From assembly GCF_001194135.2 (NCBI RefSeq), contig NC_068991.1, positions 49,938,526 through 50,002,525 of the forward strand: a stretch of DNA of 64,000 nucleotides. The letters are read 5' to 3'. Source of the stretch: Octopus bimaculoides. Taxonomy: Eukaryota. Both the position numbers and the translations under genes were made by a program. The stretch's first letter is position 1, and each line of letters starts with the position of its first letter. This document shows positions 1-12,229 of the stretch, one piece after another. The notes under the pieces were generated by a model. It saw only the letters and a list, made by a program, of their open reading frames with translations, ran no database searches and was not told the DNA's origin.

Positions 1-787
1 TCTCATTGCTGAGATCAAGGCTCATAAGTCAAAACTATGATGTCTGTCTGGTCATTTTCTCTTCCCCTATCCTTCCTGTCCTATATCTGATTTCAGGCTC
101 CAACCATATAATAAATGATAATATCTCAACTATCACCTGAGTTTTATTGCCAATGAGGTCCCTCCATCATCTGCAACTCCACTACATCCCCTCCCCATCA
201 TAGGGTCTCAAGATGGTATCAATTACATTCTCTATTTTTCAATCCACAAAACTCCCATCTTCTACCATTAATAGAACTGCTTCTATTATTTTTATATCTG
301 GGGTTTGTTCCTTAATGGTCTCATTTCTGGTAGTATACCCTTATTTCAATTTATTGTTAACCATCAGATTCTTCTTCTTCCACTTAAACTTTTTTTCTTT
401 TAATTATTGTCCTGCTTTTATCCATCTTCATTCATTTTTATTTGTATTTTATACTGGTGATTGCCAAAACAGACAGTGAAGCCTAATGCAGTCTTCTTCC
501 TAGCCAGCTCCAGTCAAACCATCCAATCCATGCCAGCATGAAAAAAACAGACATATGATGATGATGATGATGACTGACTGCCATGTTTCTTCCTTGTATA
601 AGCAATATACAATACAATGCACAATGTTGATGCCAGTTTGAGGAAGAGCTACTTGAAAATAACCAACTACATATATTGCATAACTTTTAACATGGAGTCA
701 TTTACATGCAATGGCATTAGAAACTCAGTAATACCAAAACAGCTGTAACTGATAAGATGCTCTAAATTCATTCTTCACCTTAACTTG

Positions 788-827
<40 letters not shown>

Positions 828-1199
828 AGTTATAGATACCTTTTATCTTGAAAAGAGAATGAAAGAAATGAAGCAAGTATGCTATAATAGATGAGTAATG
901 TTAGTGTACATGAACACCAGAGTACAAAAGTGCTAAGAGAAAATTGTGCATAAGAGGAACCAATGTAGCAGAAGAGTGGAGGTTGCATTAGTTTGGCTAT
1001 ATATAATGCATATGGAGGGTGAATATTGCATAAAGAAGTGATGAAAACTCCAAGCTAATAGAACTATAGGATGAAGTGATGTAGGCTGATCTAAAGGTTT
1101 TGCATCCCACTGTGATGACAAATAACCAAATTGATGAGAAGACCCAATCACCAGCAAAACATACCATGACACAAGGATAGTGGGTTTAGAACCGGAGGT

Positions 1200-1790
1200 A
1201 GTATGTACTCTGCTAAGCATACATCTTGTTTTTGCCCCTCCTCAACTCACACTCTTTAAACCCCTTTCATCACACTATTTCTTATTTCATTCCTTCACGA
1301 GGCCTATATCAATTATCAATGTACTGGAGACTGCATTGGTCTGCTATCATCTCTTCTCACTAGGCCAACGTATATGAGACTGCATTGGACCATCCTCACA
1401 TCTTTATAATCCCATTTTTCTATTGCATTACCTTTACCCACTTCTTTACTACTAACCATCACACTTTCAACTCTCTCAACTTTCTATTGCCATTCCCTTA
1501 TCGTATCCCATCACTCACCCTTAACTTTGTCCACATCTGTTTTTGCCAATCACTTCCCACTGAATTTCACCCCATATAAACTTGCTGCTTACATCACACC
1601 ACTGCCCTTTTCTTCCATGTAGCTATCCTGATCCCTCTATAACCACTCTTCCAACTCCATCCTTGGTCATCTAAGCAAATGTACACACCCAAGTTTACGG
1701 AGTTCTCTCGGCTATTACTCTACTCACCGCCACGCTTCACCCACTTTTGGTCTCGCTCCTCTCCTATTTCCCCTCCCAGGTCGATATGTT
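1200..1790 (+). mobile_element. Highly decayed Penelope-like 3' fragment
   Basis: Weak collinear similarity to the reverse complement of 59050-59350 (CACTAGGC.., CTGAATTTCACCCCA). Confidence 0.35.
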
Positions 1791-4400
1791 TCAGCTCTGA
1801 GTGGTCTCTACAGTGACCCATGTACAAGGCACCAACCCTCCTGTGGTTCCACAACAAAGCTGACAAACCCCTCCACGCTTACAGTGGCCGGCGGGAGATA
1901 GATAAAGAGAGAGAGAGATGCTGTCGTGCTGGTACCACAAAATATAGCTAATATCCTTAGTATAGTAAAGTGGTTGGCAAATAAGCAAAGAATGATAAGA
2001 CTTACGAAGTTTCCTCTATTCATCCTCTAGTGTTGATGTTCCCCGACCACCAAAACAAACAAACAAACAAAAAAACACCCAATATACTCAGGAAAGTGGT
2101 TTGTGATAGGAAAATGTTAAATATGCAATTTGGTGCGTCTAGTTTACTCTGGTCATTAACATCAGTGGGTTTATAAAGAGAGAATTGCTGAAGGGGGTGC
2201 ACAGCCGCTGGCAAGATACAAAACAGTTGATTGCCGTTACGTTTTTGTTTTTTTTTCTTCTGTCCATGAGTATGTTGTTCGTTGACGCAATATTTACATT
2301 CATTATAACATACAATATTGGCTAAAAGAAACCCCACAGATATGTCATAAGTACAACATAGTATACATACATATATACACGTGTGTCTGTATGTATCCAA
2401 TATACGTACACATACGCACATACACGTGTGTATACGTATGCGTAAACGAATCGATTAGCGGAGTAAACTTGCATGTTAGAAATATTAACGTATAAAACGC
2501 ATTCAGACAAATAGTGAATGAGCAACACAAAAGAATAAAAAAAGCAACTGTAAATTAATGCGTTCTTTTTTTTTTTCACAAATATTAAAAGAAATAAACT
2601 GGACAGAAAAATGCAGTAATTGAACACGTACATACCCAAAATATCCATTTTTGTGACCTTTCCAACAGTTATAACATGATTCCTGGTAGTAATCTAGTTA
2701 TTACACTATTATTGTAAGTATAAACCCGGTGTTTATATTGCACTTGCTTTAAAAGAGCAACCACGATACTATAAATAATGAATAACAAACAAGAACAACA
2801 TCGACTTTGTCGAAGCTAATTAAATCGGCTGAGAGGATCCTGGTTGTAGAAAAGGTTGGGGGAAATTGCATAACTTATTTGTCGATAAGTCCGTGTCAGT
2901 AGTAATAATAAAAATAATAATTTTACATTATAACAAAAATAAATAGTAACTTGTAGACGACAGCTGGTTCAAAAATTGCTTCAGATATTCTTAACTCGAA
3001 CGACAACATAGAAGCACAACCACCTAAAGGAGGCAGACGGGGAAATTTAGAAATGAACTGACAGTCACTCAGTCAATAAATATAAATAAATGTAAATGTA
3101 AATAAATAAATAAATAAAAAGCAGTCAGATAATCGATAAGTTTAAAGTATGTCAGAAACACCTTTAACACACACTATCGACTGATGAAAGGTAAAAAAAA
3201 AAAAAAAAGATTAAAAAAAAAATCAACCTTAGCAGGGTTTGAACCCAAACTAAAAGGTCGAAACTCTGGCAAGCGCTGTATTGTTTACCAACTGAAATGA
3301 AGTGATTGTCGCAATATATTGCATGATGTTCATTAGTTAGCTCACTGGAAGGACAACAAGAGAAAACTGATCCCGAATAGTGAACTCCGCCGGCCAGGGA
3401 TCTCTCTCCAAAAATCAAGAAAATGATTTTGTTTGGCACATGACATTACTGTTTGGAAACAGGAAAATGTAGAATGCGTTGACAGACCCCTCATGCTTTA
3501 AAAATGCTCTGCCAAAACATAAATGAGGTGACATGGCTTTTAAAAGTCTTCTCTGCATGTAAGGCGCATTTCCTACACAAACAGCACCAAAAAATAATTT
3601 TTAAAATGTCAAATAAAAAAACAAATCACCTCAGGTCCTATATGCAAAGCTGAGTCGATAATTACGTGTTTTAATGAACTAGAATCTTTCTTTTTTCCCG
3701 AAATTGAAGTACCTCTAACATGCCTGCCTACCTTTTATGCCATCAAATACACTACGTGGTCTCCGTCCTTCGAAACACTTTTTCTTTTTGTTTTTACTAT
3801 ACAAAAGTTAGGTAAGAATCATAAAAAAAATTGTCACTAATTTCATAAGTAATAGAAATTTGAACAAATGATAAAGTGACCTTTTCTTTGTATTATTTGC
3901 AGAAACCGGTCGCTTAAGTACAACGAACGTGTTAGGTCTATATTGGTTAACAATATAGAAAAGACAGAGCAGTGCAACTATATAATCGAGGAGGGAAAGG
4001 AAGAACATTCAACTGAAAAAATATTTATAGTTTTTCGTCAGTAAGGTTGCCTACAATGTTTTTATATTAGCAAACTCCACGCTTATAGAACACTTGAAAG
4101 GAACTTCTGCCTGATCGTTCGCCCTTTTAGAAATATCAGCTGACTCTCAAATCATACTATTGTCTTAGAAAAGAAGGACAAATCGGATAAAGAAGTTTTG
4201 CATTCAAGTGCGTCCGGGGAAAGGAACAGAAAATTGCTCCCTGTTACCATTAGGCCAGCCCTGATCACAGACTATGACAACAATAATCGGTATTTCTTTC
4301 ATTTTATAATCAGAAAATTATGTAAATAACGAAGACACTGATCGGCAACCTCCAGGCGGATGAGTTGCTTTCTCTGTCTTTTGTTTTACCTCAAAATAAT
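1700..4400. promoter_or_regulatory. CpG-retaining, largely unique region; candidate (possibly divergent) promoter
   Basis: By eye, CG dinucleotides are much more frequent here than in the CpG-depleted flanks. It contains candidate first exons. Confidence 0.4.
2006..2207 (-). other. Candidate 5' exon of a leftward gene: UTR plus ATG at 2023 (MNRGNF, phase 0)
   Basis: Acceptor TTTTGTATCTTGCCAG| and donor TTC|GTAAGT. A further donor CCA|GTGAGC lies upstream at 3346/3345. Confidence 0.35.
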
Positions 4401-6864
4401 TTCTTCAGTTTTCTATGCTTCAACACCAAAGTTTATGCTTTTCAAATTTCAATTTCTACTCATCCTTATGTTTTTGTTAACTTTCTGCGAAATATTTTTA
4501 GGGTATTCTAATGTTAATAGCACGGGGAAAAAAATTATATTTCAATTTAACAAATGCCGATTGCTTATAATTTCCTACTTTCATTAAGTGATCATAAAAT
4601 AATATAACAAACACTACATTCTGTCAAAATGATCGTCTCTCAGTAATTTCTGAGTGATTACTTCTAGCTTCAAATCACAGAAAACTGAGCCAAAAAATTA
4701 CAAAAAGATGCATGTTGACATTTGACCTAAGGTCAACCACGCCATCTGTCAAAACTTTGGTTCCAACAACTTATAAATAAAAGAGTGTTTTGCATACAAT
4801 AATATTTAAAAGTTGAAACATTATTTTTCATGTGATTAACATGTAGGTGATTCTCCCCATTAATACATGGATTATGACTAATTGTTAATCTTATGCCTAA
4901 GTCCAAGACACAAAGGATAATCCTTTTACTTCAAAAGGTAGTGTGACAAGAGTTATTATGTTCAAACATTTCTGAAAGCTATCAATGAGATAAATGAAAA
5001 TTCTTCCCATTAGGTCACAGATTTAGTGCCCAGGAGTTTGGCCAAATCTCATACGATCTGCTAGAAATAGCAGTCAAATCTCCCTTAAATCATACCCTAT
5101 AAAAAGGGATGGACATGTTGGATAAGGTTATCGTAGTTACAATAATTTACAAGAAAAAAAAAAAAAAGACTGAATTATCCTGAGTGGAACATAACATTTT
5201 TGATGAAAGTCTACTCCATTAAGTGAACCTATCAAATTTGTTTTGATTACTTTAAAATTCTGATTAAATTGTTTTCATCCAATTTTATTTTCATTAAGAT
5301 GTAATTTATTCAATTTGGCAGTCTACTTCAAATGCCTCAGTTGAGCTGCTAGGACTTTTTCCAGACCCACCCCACACTCTCTACATTAATAATTTTCCAA
5401 ATGTTTTGTCAATCAGAAACATCCAGCAAATAATATTCCAGTGTCTTTACTATCACCCTAGATAATAAATACTCTCTAGGATGGGTCAATTCCATAAATT
5501 ATTCAAGGCACCACTGAAAACCATGTCTTGAAGAAGTTATTCAAGACAGTAAATATACTTTGCCTACACCTGGCCAACAAGGGGTTTAAGTTAAGTACTA
5601 ACAGCTAATAAAATACATGTCAACTTTGCAATGCTTTCAGCAGTTACAGTGAATTTTGCCAGTAAAAGTTGAATGTCTTAACTATGAACATAAAGCAGAA
5701 ACAATGATAGAATATCAATTTAATTTCTTTGGTGGTGGTCACAAACTATCTACACTCTTAGACTACAACTGCTAAATATGCATATTTTTTCAATCTTTGA
5801 GGAATGATAGCTAAGTTCAGATTTCTGGTGAAATTCAAAGACCAGAAAGAATAAAATTAAATACAGAGTGCTATCTCACCTGGGGCTTGTGTGTTAAACA
5901 GAAAAGTCTAGATCCTTATTTTGGTGTTGGATGCAACCACTTCATGATGACTTCGCCACCACCACTCATATCATTTCTAGCTGCTCCTATTATCCAATAG
6001 GAGCGATACCACTGGGTCACCCCAACGATCCTTATCATACTCTCTCCTGGTATTATTTCCTTTCCATGACTCCCCACCACCATTAGAATGGTCTTCTCTT
6101 ACCTTCTACCACCCTTTCACAACCATGTCTATTCCTCTCATTCACCATACACTTTAGCTCAGCTGATGCCTCCTTCTACTCTACTCCACCCCACTCCCAG
6201 AGTCGTGATGGCTCTCGAGTTTTGTGAGTTAGCAGGCAATCTCTCCAATAAAATACAATAAAATGCACCTGGTACACACTGTAACGTAACTGGCATCAGG
6301 AAGGGCATTCAGCTGTAAAAACCTTGCCAAAATGAGACACACAATATATACATGTATACACATCGGTATATGTATATGCGTGTGGGTGTGTTCACTGCTT
6401 GACAACTGAGACATGCTTGTTTAGCGATTTAGGGGGGAAATACAAAGATAAGTACCAGACTCAAAATATGTACTGTGTTGATTTACTTATCTCAACAAAA
6501 CAGTGCTCCAGCATGGCCACAGACCAACAGTTGAAAGAGTAAATAAATGATTTTACATTACATTATATATCTTAACAAACACAGCAGTTATATGTGTGCT
6601 ATGTCAAGTTTCCTGCTCCAACAATGCAGTAACTGAATAGACATAAAATGCTGAAGCAAGCATCTTATGCATAATTCCTATGGTCATTAAAATGATATCT
6701 ACCACGCATTGAACTGAGAGCTTTTTTGCTAGCCCTAATAAGCAAAGAGTATATCATATATATATGTAGTAATAATATTAGGGAATAAAAACTTATTCCA
6801 ACCTTACAGGCAAAAATCGGTATAATATTACACCGGGTTTCGTAATATATAATATATATGTATA

Positions 6865-7279
6865 TAACTAATTTAGAGACGAACCACCACTCTACAACTC
6901 AGTCGACCAAGAACCAGTCCGAAACCATGTTGTGAGGCATATACCATATCAATATTTATCTAAGATTTTAATCTAAAATTTTAATAATATATAGTATATC
7001 ATATAAAGAAACATTCATCATAAAAATATTAGTTTAAAAATCAAAATCATAAATAGGACAGTAAAAATTAATACAATAATATAATTTACTGTCCTATTTA
7101 TAATTTTGATTTTTAAACTAATATTTTTATGATGAATGTTTCTTTATATGATATACTATATATTATTAAAATTTTAGATTAAAATCTTAGATAAATATGG
7201 TATATGCCTCACTACATGGTTTTGGATGGGTTCTTGGTTGACTGAGTTGTAGAGTGGTGGTTCATCTCTAAATTAGTTA
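6865..7279. mobile_element. Foldback/palindromic element: ~200-bp inverted arms with a 19-nt loop
   Basis: 6865-7065 is the near-perfect reverse complement of 7085-7279 (e.g. GAACCACCACTCTACAACTCAGTC vs GACTGAGTTGTAGAGTGGTGGTTC). Loop 7066-7084. The right arm runs into an N gap. Confidence 0.85.
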
Positions 7280-7280
7280 C

Positions 7281-7403
7281 NNNNNNNNNNNNNNNNNNNN
7301 NNNNNNNNNNNNNNNNNNNNNNNNNNNNNNNNNNNNNNNNNNNNNNNNNNNNNNNNNNNNNNNNNNNNNNNNNNNNNNNNNNNNNNNNNNNNNNNNNNNN
7401 NNN
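7281..7403. other. Assembly gap; others at ~20703-20816, 29256-29296, 30184-30262 and 46978-46987
   Basis: Runs of N. Confidence 1.
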
Positions 7404-7545
7404 CACACACACACACACACACACGCACGCGCACACGCGCACACGCGCACACGCGCACACGCGCACACGCGCACACGCGCACACACGCACACACGCACAC
7501 ACGCACACACGCACACACACACACACATATATATATACACACACA
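7404..7545. repeat. Compound microsatellite (CA)n/(CACGCG)n/(TA)n
   Basis: Directly visible next to the gap. Confidence 0.95.
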
Positions 7546-7899
7546 CTTCAACTGCCTTTATGTACATGAAGTACCTTAGATAAATCTAGAACCAATGAGT
7601 TCATTTACATGGGAAAATATGATGATGATGGTGTTATATTTAAGTGAAAAGTGAAGCTCCAAAGTGCCAATCAATATGACAGTGTGGGTGGGGAGAAATA
7701 ACCCAACCCCTTCCCTGAACAGTCATGTTAGGCAGCAAATGAAATGTTTTGGTTTGTGAACCTTTTTTTCATTTTTTTATTTTTAGATGCAGTCAAATGT
7801 CTCAAGGTCATGTGTATAGCAACACATTTCTCAAGCAATTGTATGAAGTGTTTTCCAGTTACACAGAAGCTTAGTATTTGGATGGCAGTTTTATCTTTT

Positions 7900-8255
7900 G
7901 TTTCATCATTAGATTGCAGCCATGCTGGGGCACTGCCTTGAAGAATTTTTAATTGAATGAATTGACCCCAATATTTTTTTCTTTAAAGCCTGGTTTCTTA
8001 TTCTATCAATCCTTTTTGCCAAACTGCTAAGTTACAGGGATGTAAACACACTAACATTAGTTGTCAAGCCAAAGTAGGGGACAAACACAGACACACATAT
8101 GTAGACATATATATACACACACACACACACACACAGGCTTCTTTCAGCTTCTGTCTACCAAAGCCATGCAAGGCTTAGGTCAACCCAAGGTACCAGGTAG
8201 TGGGACTGAACCCAGAACCATGTGGTTGGGAAGCAAGCTTCTTGCCACACAGCAG
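7900..8255 (-). mobile_element. tRNA-derived SINE, family A (diverged)
   Basis: Collinear with 17155-17530. Confidence 0.8.
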
Positions 8256-8694
8256 GCAATATTATTATCACATATCGTAAGGTCACTATGAGGATGTGGA
8301 GCTTAGTATCTGTAGTGACTGTTTAATTGTATTGTTCAGGTATAGAGATATGTGATACAGGACCATTTTCTTTATATGTGATACAAACCATGTCTTGGCA
8401 TTATTGAAGGAGACTGTATTATCATGACTCAGTTGAGGCATGTTTCTGATGTCTCTAAGGGAAGCAGCAGGTCTGGCATTGAATATTTAGTTGGCACATG
8501 TATAATGCCTAGGCACCGAAGATTTAGAAGTAAAATGTATTATCGGCCTAAATGCATGTTTAAGATAGCCTTGGTCCTTTGAGATAGTTTTCAAGCAAAA
8601 TGAAGACAACAATAAGTGAACATACTAAATAACAGTTTTATGCAGTTTTACATTTTTTCATATTTCATCTAAAATTGTCAATTTTTGAGTTCAG

Positions 8695-8768
8695 AGTCCA
8701 TTGCAACCAGAAAGCATACCCTTGCAATATTTAACTGGGCTAACAACAGGAACCACACTCATTTCATG
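8695..8768 (+). other. Candidate 74-nt plus-strand exon, two frames open
   Basis: Acceptor TTTTTGAGTTCAG| and donor ATG|GTAAAG. Confidence 0.25.
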
Positions 8769-10103
8769 GTAAAGTGATTAGCATTATAAAATTCATCCAG
8801 CTATAAAAACAAATATACCAACAGTTGAAGGCGAGGTAAAATTGTACATTATGAAGAAAGTAAGAATATTTGGCAACTCTCTTCTCCGGTGATACATAAG
8901 AAAAATATAAACTCACACTGACAGAATATACCGAAAATAAAGTGACACTTAACAGATGGTAGCTATTTTGGTCGATACAATTTTAAATAAAAAGAAACAA
9001 TAACTTAGACACTAATTCCTGAACATTTCTATTTGGAGCTTGACCTATTTGATTATAATAATATGAAGACAGGCTAGATAAACAGATGCAGTGAGCAGAC
9101 CAGATCAGGACACACTACCAGGGAAGAGTACAAAGACATGAGCAAAGCCAGCACAGAAAGATCATCTACTGACCAAGAAAGTTTGCCCAGAGAGAGAAAG
9201 CATTGACATGGGAGCTGAATGCATGCTACTTGTCTCTAAATTATAAAATTTTTTTTTTTTTTTTTTTTTTGTAAAATTATAAGAATCCTTTTCCACACCA
9301 TTCTTAATAGTGACAAAAACTCAAATGAATTTCTTTCATTATAGTAACGTTTATGTTAAGAGCTAACCTGGTTAATTCGAGTCACAGGACAATGCTTCCT
9401 GTAACACCTAAAACGTTTTGCCACACAACACAACCCAGTGTACAGACCAAACAGCTTTTTATTCTTATCAGGTCACAGCCATTACTGATAAGACACTGTC
9501 ACTGCAGTGAGGTCATTGGTCCTGCAAGATTTCTCATGTCAATCCTACAATGAATACACCCATTGCACTTTCACAGTAGTGTCTAGAAAGGGTATCTTGT
9601 AATAAGATTTCAACCATATGAAATAAGTAGGACACAGATGTTACTGATGATGTTCAGAGAAAAACATTACCATGCAGTTAGAGCAGTGATTAGAAATACA
9701 ACTTAAAGATATTTCTTTCCTTTTGCTAGTTTGAAGAATATTAAGGTGATTGTGACAAGTCTTTCACGGGTCAACTCTGAGACAAGATCATTGATATATA
9801 AGAGAAAGCGTAAAATATGTCTAAGACATTTTTTAACTTGTGTGTATAGGGGAAGCACTAAGTAATAATATCCTTGACATTTGAAAATATTAATGATAGT
9901 CTCATCAGCTGACTGCTTGTCATTGTAGTGAATCTGATAACCTAGCTATCAAAAAAACCTATATCCTGGCAAAGTATATTCTATATTTCTAAAAGAATCT
10001 GAACAGCATGCTAACACAGTTATTCATTAGTTGAATACTAATTCCTACTGCTTCGAGTACTTAGTCATTCTTATAGCTATACCCAGGCTCCAACTGCTTA
10101 GAG

Positions 10104-10354
10104 TAGTAGTTCTCAACCATTTTTTATCTATGGACTCCTTTGATTCTTATTTCACTCAGGTGGATCCTTATAGCCATTCAAGGTTTAAAAAATCCTATTA
10201 TATTCTTATAATTAAATATTATTAGGAATTATATAAAAAGAAATTTAAATATTTCATGTATTGGAAAACTACAACCAATTTATTGCACAAATTTTAACAG
10301 TAAAATCTTAAATGGAGCCCCAAAGTTCATAAGGAGCCTGGTTGAGAACCACTA
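10104..10354. mobile_element. hAT-type MITE
   Basis: TIRs TAGTAGTTCTCAACCA / TGGTTGAGAACCACTA. 8-bp TSD GCTTAGAG / GCTTAAAG (7/8). Confidence 0.8.
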
Positions 10355-10778
10355 GCTTAAAGTATTGAGAAGTTCTTATAACTACAGTCTGAGAGACTGA
10401 GGTGTCTTTGCTATAGGTACAGTTCTACCAAAGGTAGAAACATTAGACTCAATCAAATACTTCCCTATTTTGCTTTGAAAGCAGACAAGAAACCAATGTG
10501 GATGGGTGCAGAACAACGTCTGAGTTGTAATTCTAGTCTAGAAACCAATTATAATACAAATTATTAATTAAAATAAAATCTTTATTCAAGTTAGAGAAAC
10601 ATCATTGATTTGTTTTCTGAATTTTATAAAAATAAATTCAGCATCTTTAATTACTGAAAAGCTAAAATGGTTTTCCCCCTGCAATTATGAACACAATTGC
10701 TTTTACTTTCTGGTGCTGAATTACTCTCTGCAATTACTAGAACACATTCAACATTTCATATTTGCCAACATCTACATA

Positions 10779-11000
10779 AGCTGGCAGAATCGTTAGCACA
10801 CCGGGCGAAATGCTTAGCGGTATTTCGGCTGCCGTTATGTTCTGAGTTCAAATTCCACTGAGGTCAATTTTGCCTTTCATACTTTCGGGGTCAATTAAAT
10901 AAGTACCAGTTAGGCACTGGGGTCAATGTAATCAACAATCCCTTTGTCTGTCCTTGTTTGTCCCCTCTATGTTTAGCCTCCTGTGGGCAATAAAGAAATA
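10779..11000 (+). mobile_element. tRNA-derived SINE, family B
   Basis: AGCTGGCAGAATCGTTAGC (A box)...GAGTTCAAATTCC (B box)...TAAGTACCAG. Other copies lie at ~3170-3290(-), 16130-16331(-), 40468-40625(+) and 49100-49240(-). Confidence 0.85.
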
Positions 11001-11953
11001 AACATCTACATAATTCTTGAAGTATTTCAAAAAGAACACCTTGGAACCAAATTAGTTTGGGATAATTTATTTTAAGAGATTTTAATTTGAAATAAAATAA
11101 AGTGGAGATTACAATTAATGAGAATGAGAGCATACATTCAACAGATGGAAGACCACAATTTTGAACTTATTTTTTGACAAAACTAAATATTCTTATACAC
11201 AAATTTAATTATCATCATTTTACATCTGCTTTTCATGCTGGTATGGATTAGTCAAGTCAGTTCTCATTCAAAGTTACTGTCCAAGGTAAGCCAGAGGACA
11301 ATATATCACTTGCATGTTTATTTTTGGTATAGCATCCATAACTGAATGCTTTTACCCAACCACATTACTGAGTGTGCTAAGAGCATCTTTTCATAGCACC
11401 AGCACAAGTGAGGTTACCTTATATTCAACAAGAAAAAAAAAGTCTCCACTACTCAATGTCTGCATTCATTTAGAGAGCAACATGACTAATAAAATTAATG
11501 AGAGCAATTTCAGTAGAGAGAGTGTGTGTGATGGGTGAAACAAACTGATTGGAGTGACTGTGGGAAAGGGAAGAGAGGAATGAAATAGACAGTGCCAGGA
11601 GTAGTGGCAAGGCGTAATGTGAGAGAGACTAATTGAAGTTACATATTTGCTGGTAAGAGAAAAAACAGTACTGTCAAAGAAATGATCTAGGATGGGAGGG
11701 TGTAATGGATGTTAAAAGCAAGTGACTTGAGGGAGAGGTGGCCAGCAGAAAAAGGAGGGTAAAGTTGGCTGGTAAGAGAGAATATGTATGATGAATACTC
11801 AAGATTGTAATAAGACAGTAGTGAATGACTATAAAAGAGTAACCTGAAGGAGAGGAAAAGGGTGTATCAGATAACAACAAGTCCAATATAATCCTTCATA
11901 ACTCAAACACCAAGATGGTAGAGAGAGGAGAAAAGTGCAGGTGATAGTATGGA

Positions 11954-12082
11954 GAAACTGTATGGACGGATCTAATGTTTTTTCCACATTACATGGGCCA
12001 CATGGTACAGTGAATGTGGGGAAACTGTATGGACAGAGCTAATGTTTTCCCACATTACATGGGCCACATGGTACAGTGAATG
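11954..12082. repeat. Tandem duplication, 67-bp period
   Basis: GAAACTGTATGGAC..CTAATGTTTT..CCACATTACATGGGCCACATGGTACAGTGAATG at 11954 and 12021. Confidence 0.9.
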
Positions 12083-12229
12083 GGAAAGAGTATGATAGAG
12101 AGATGAGGTGGTATGGAATATGTAAGAGGGGGAAGAAGATGCTAACTTAGACAATACAAAGTCAGAGACATGCCAAGGTGCAACATAACATTATATATTC
12201 CAGCTTCCATCATTATTCTCATTTTAACA

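Noticed and set aside
4050-4330. Plus frame with a single in-frame TGA (..FRNIS*LSNHTIVLEKKDK..), considered as a selenoprotein or readthrough case
   Set aside because: No start codon or acceptor, no recognisable selenoprotein motif, and no SECIS identified.
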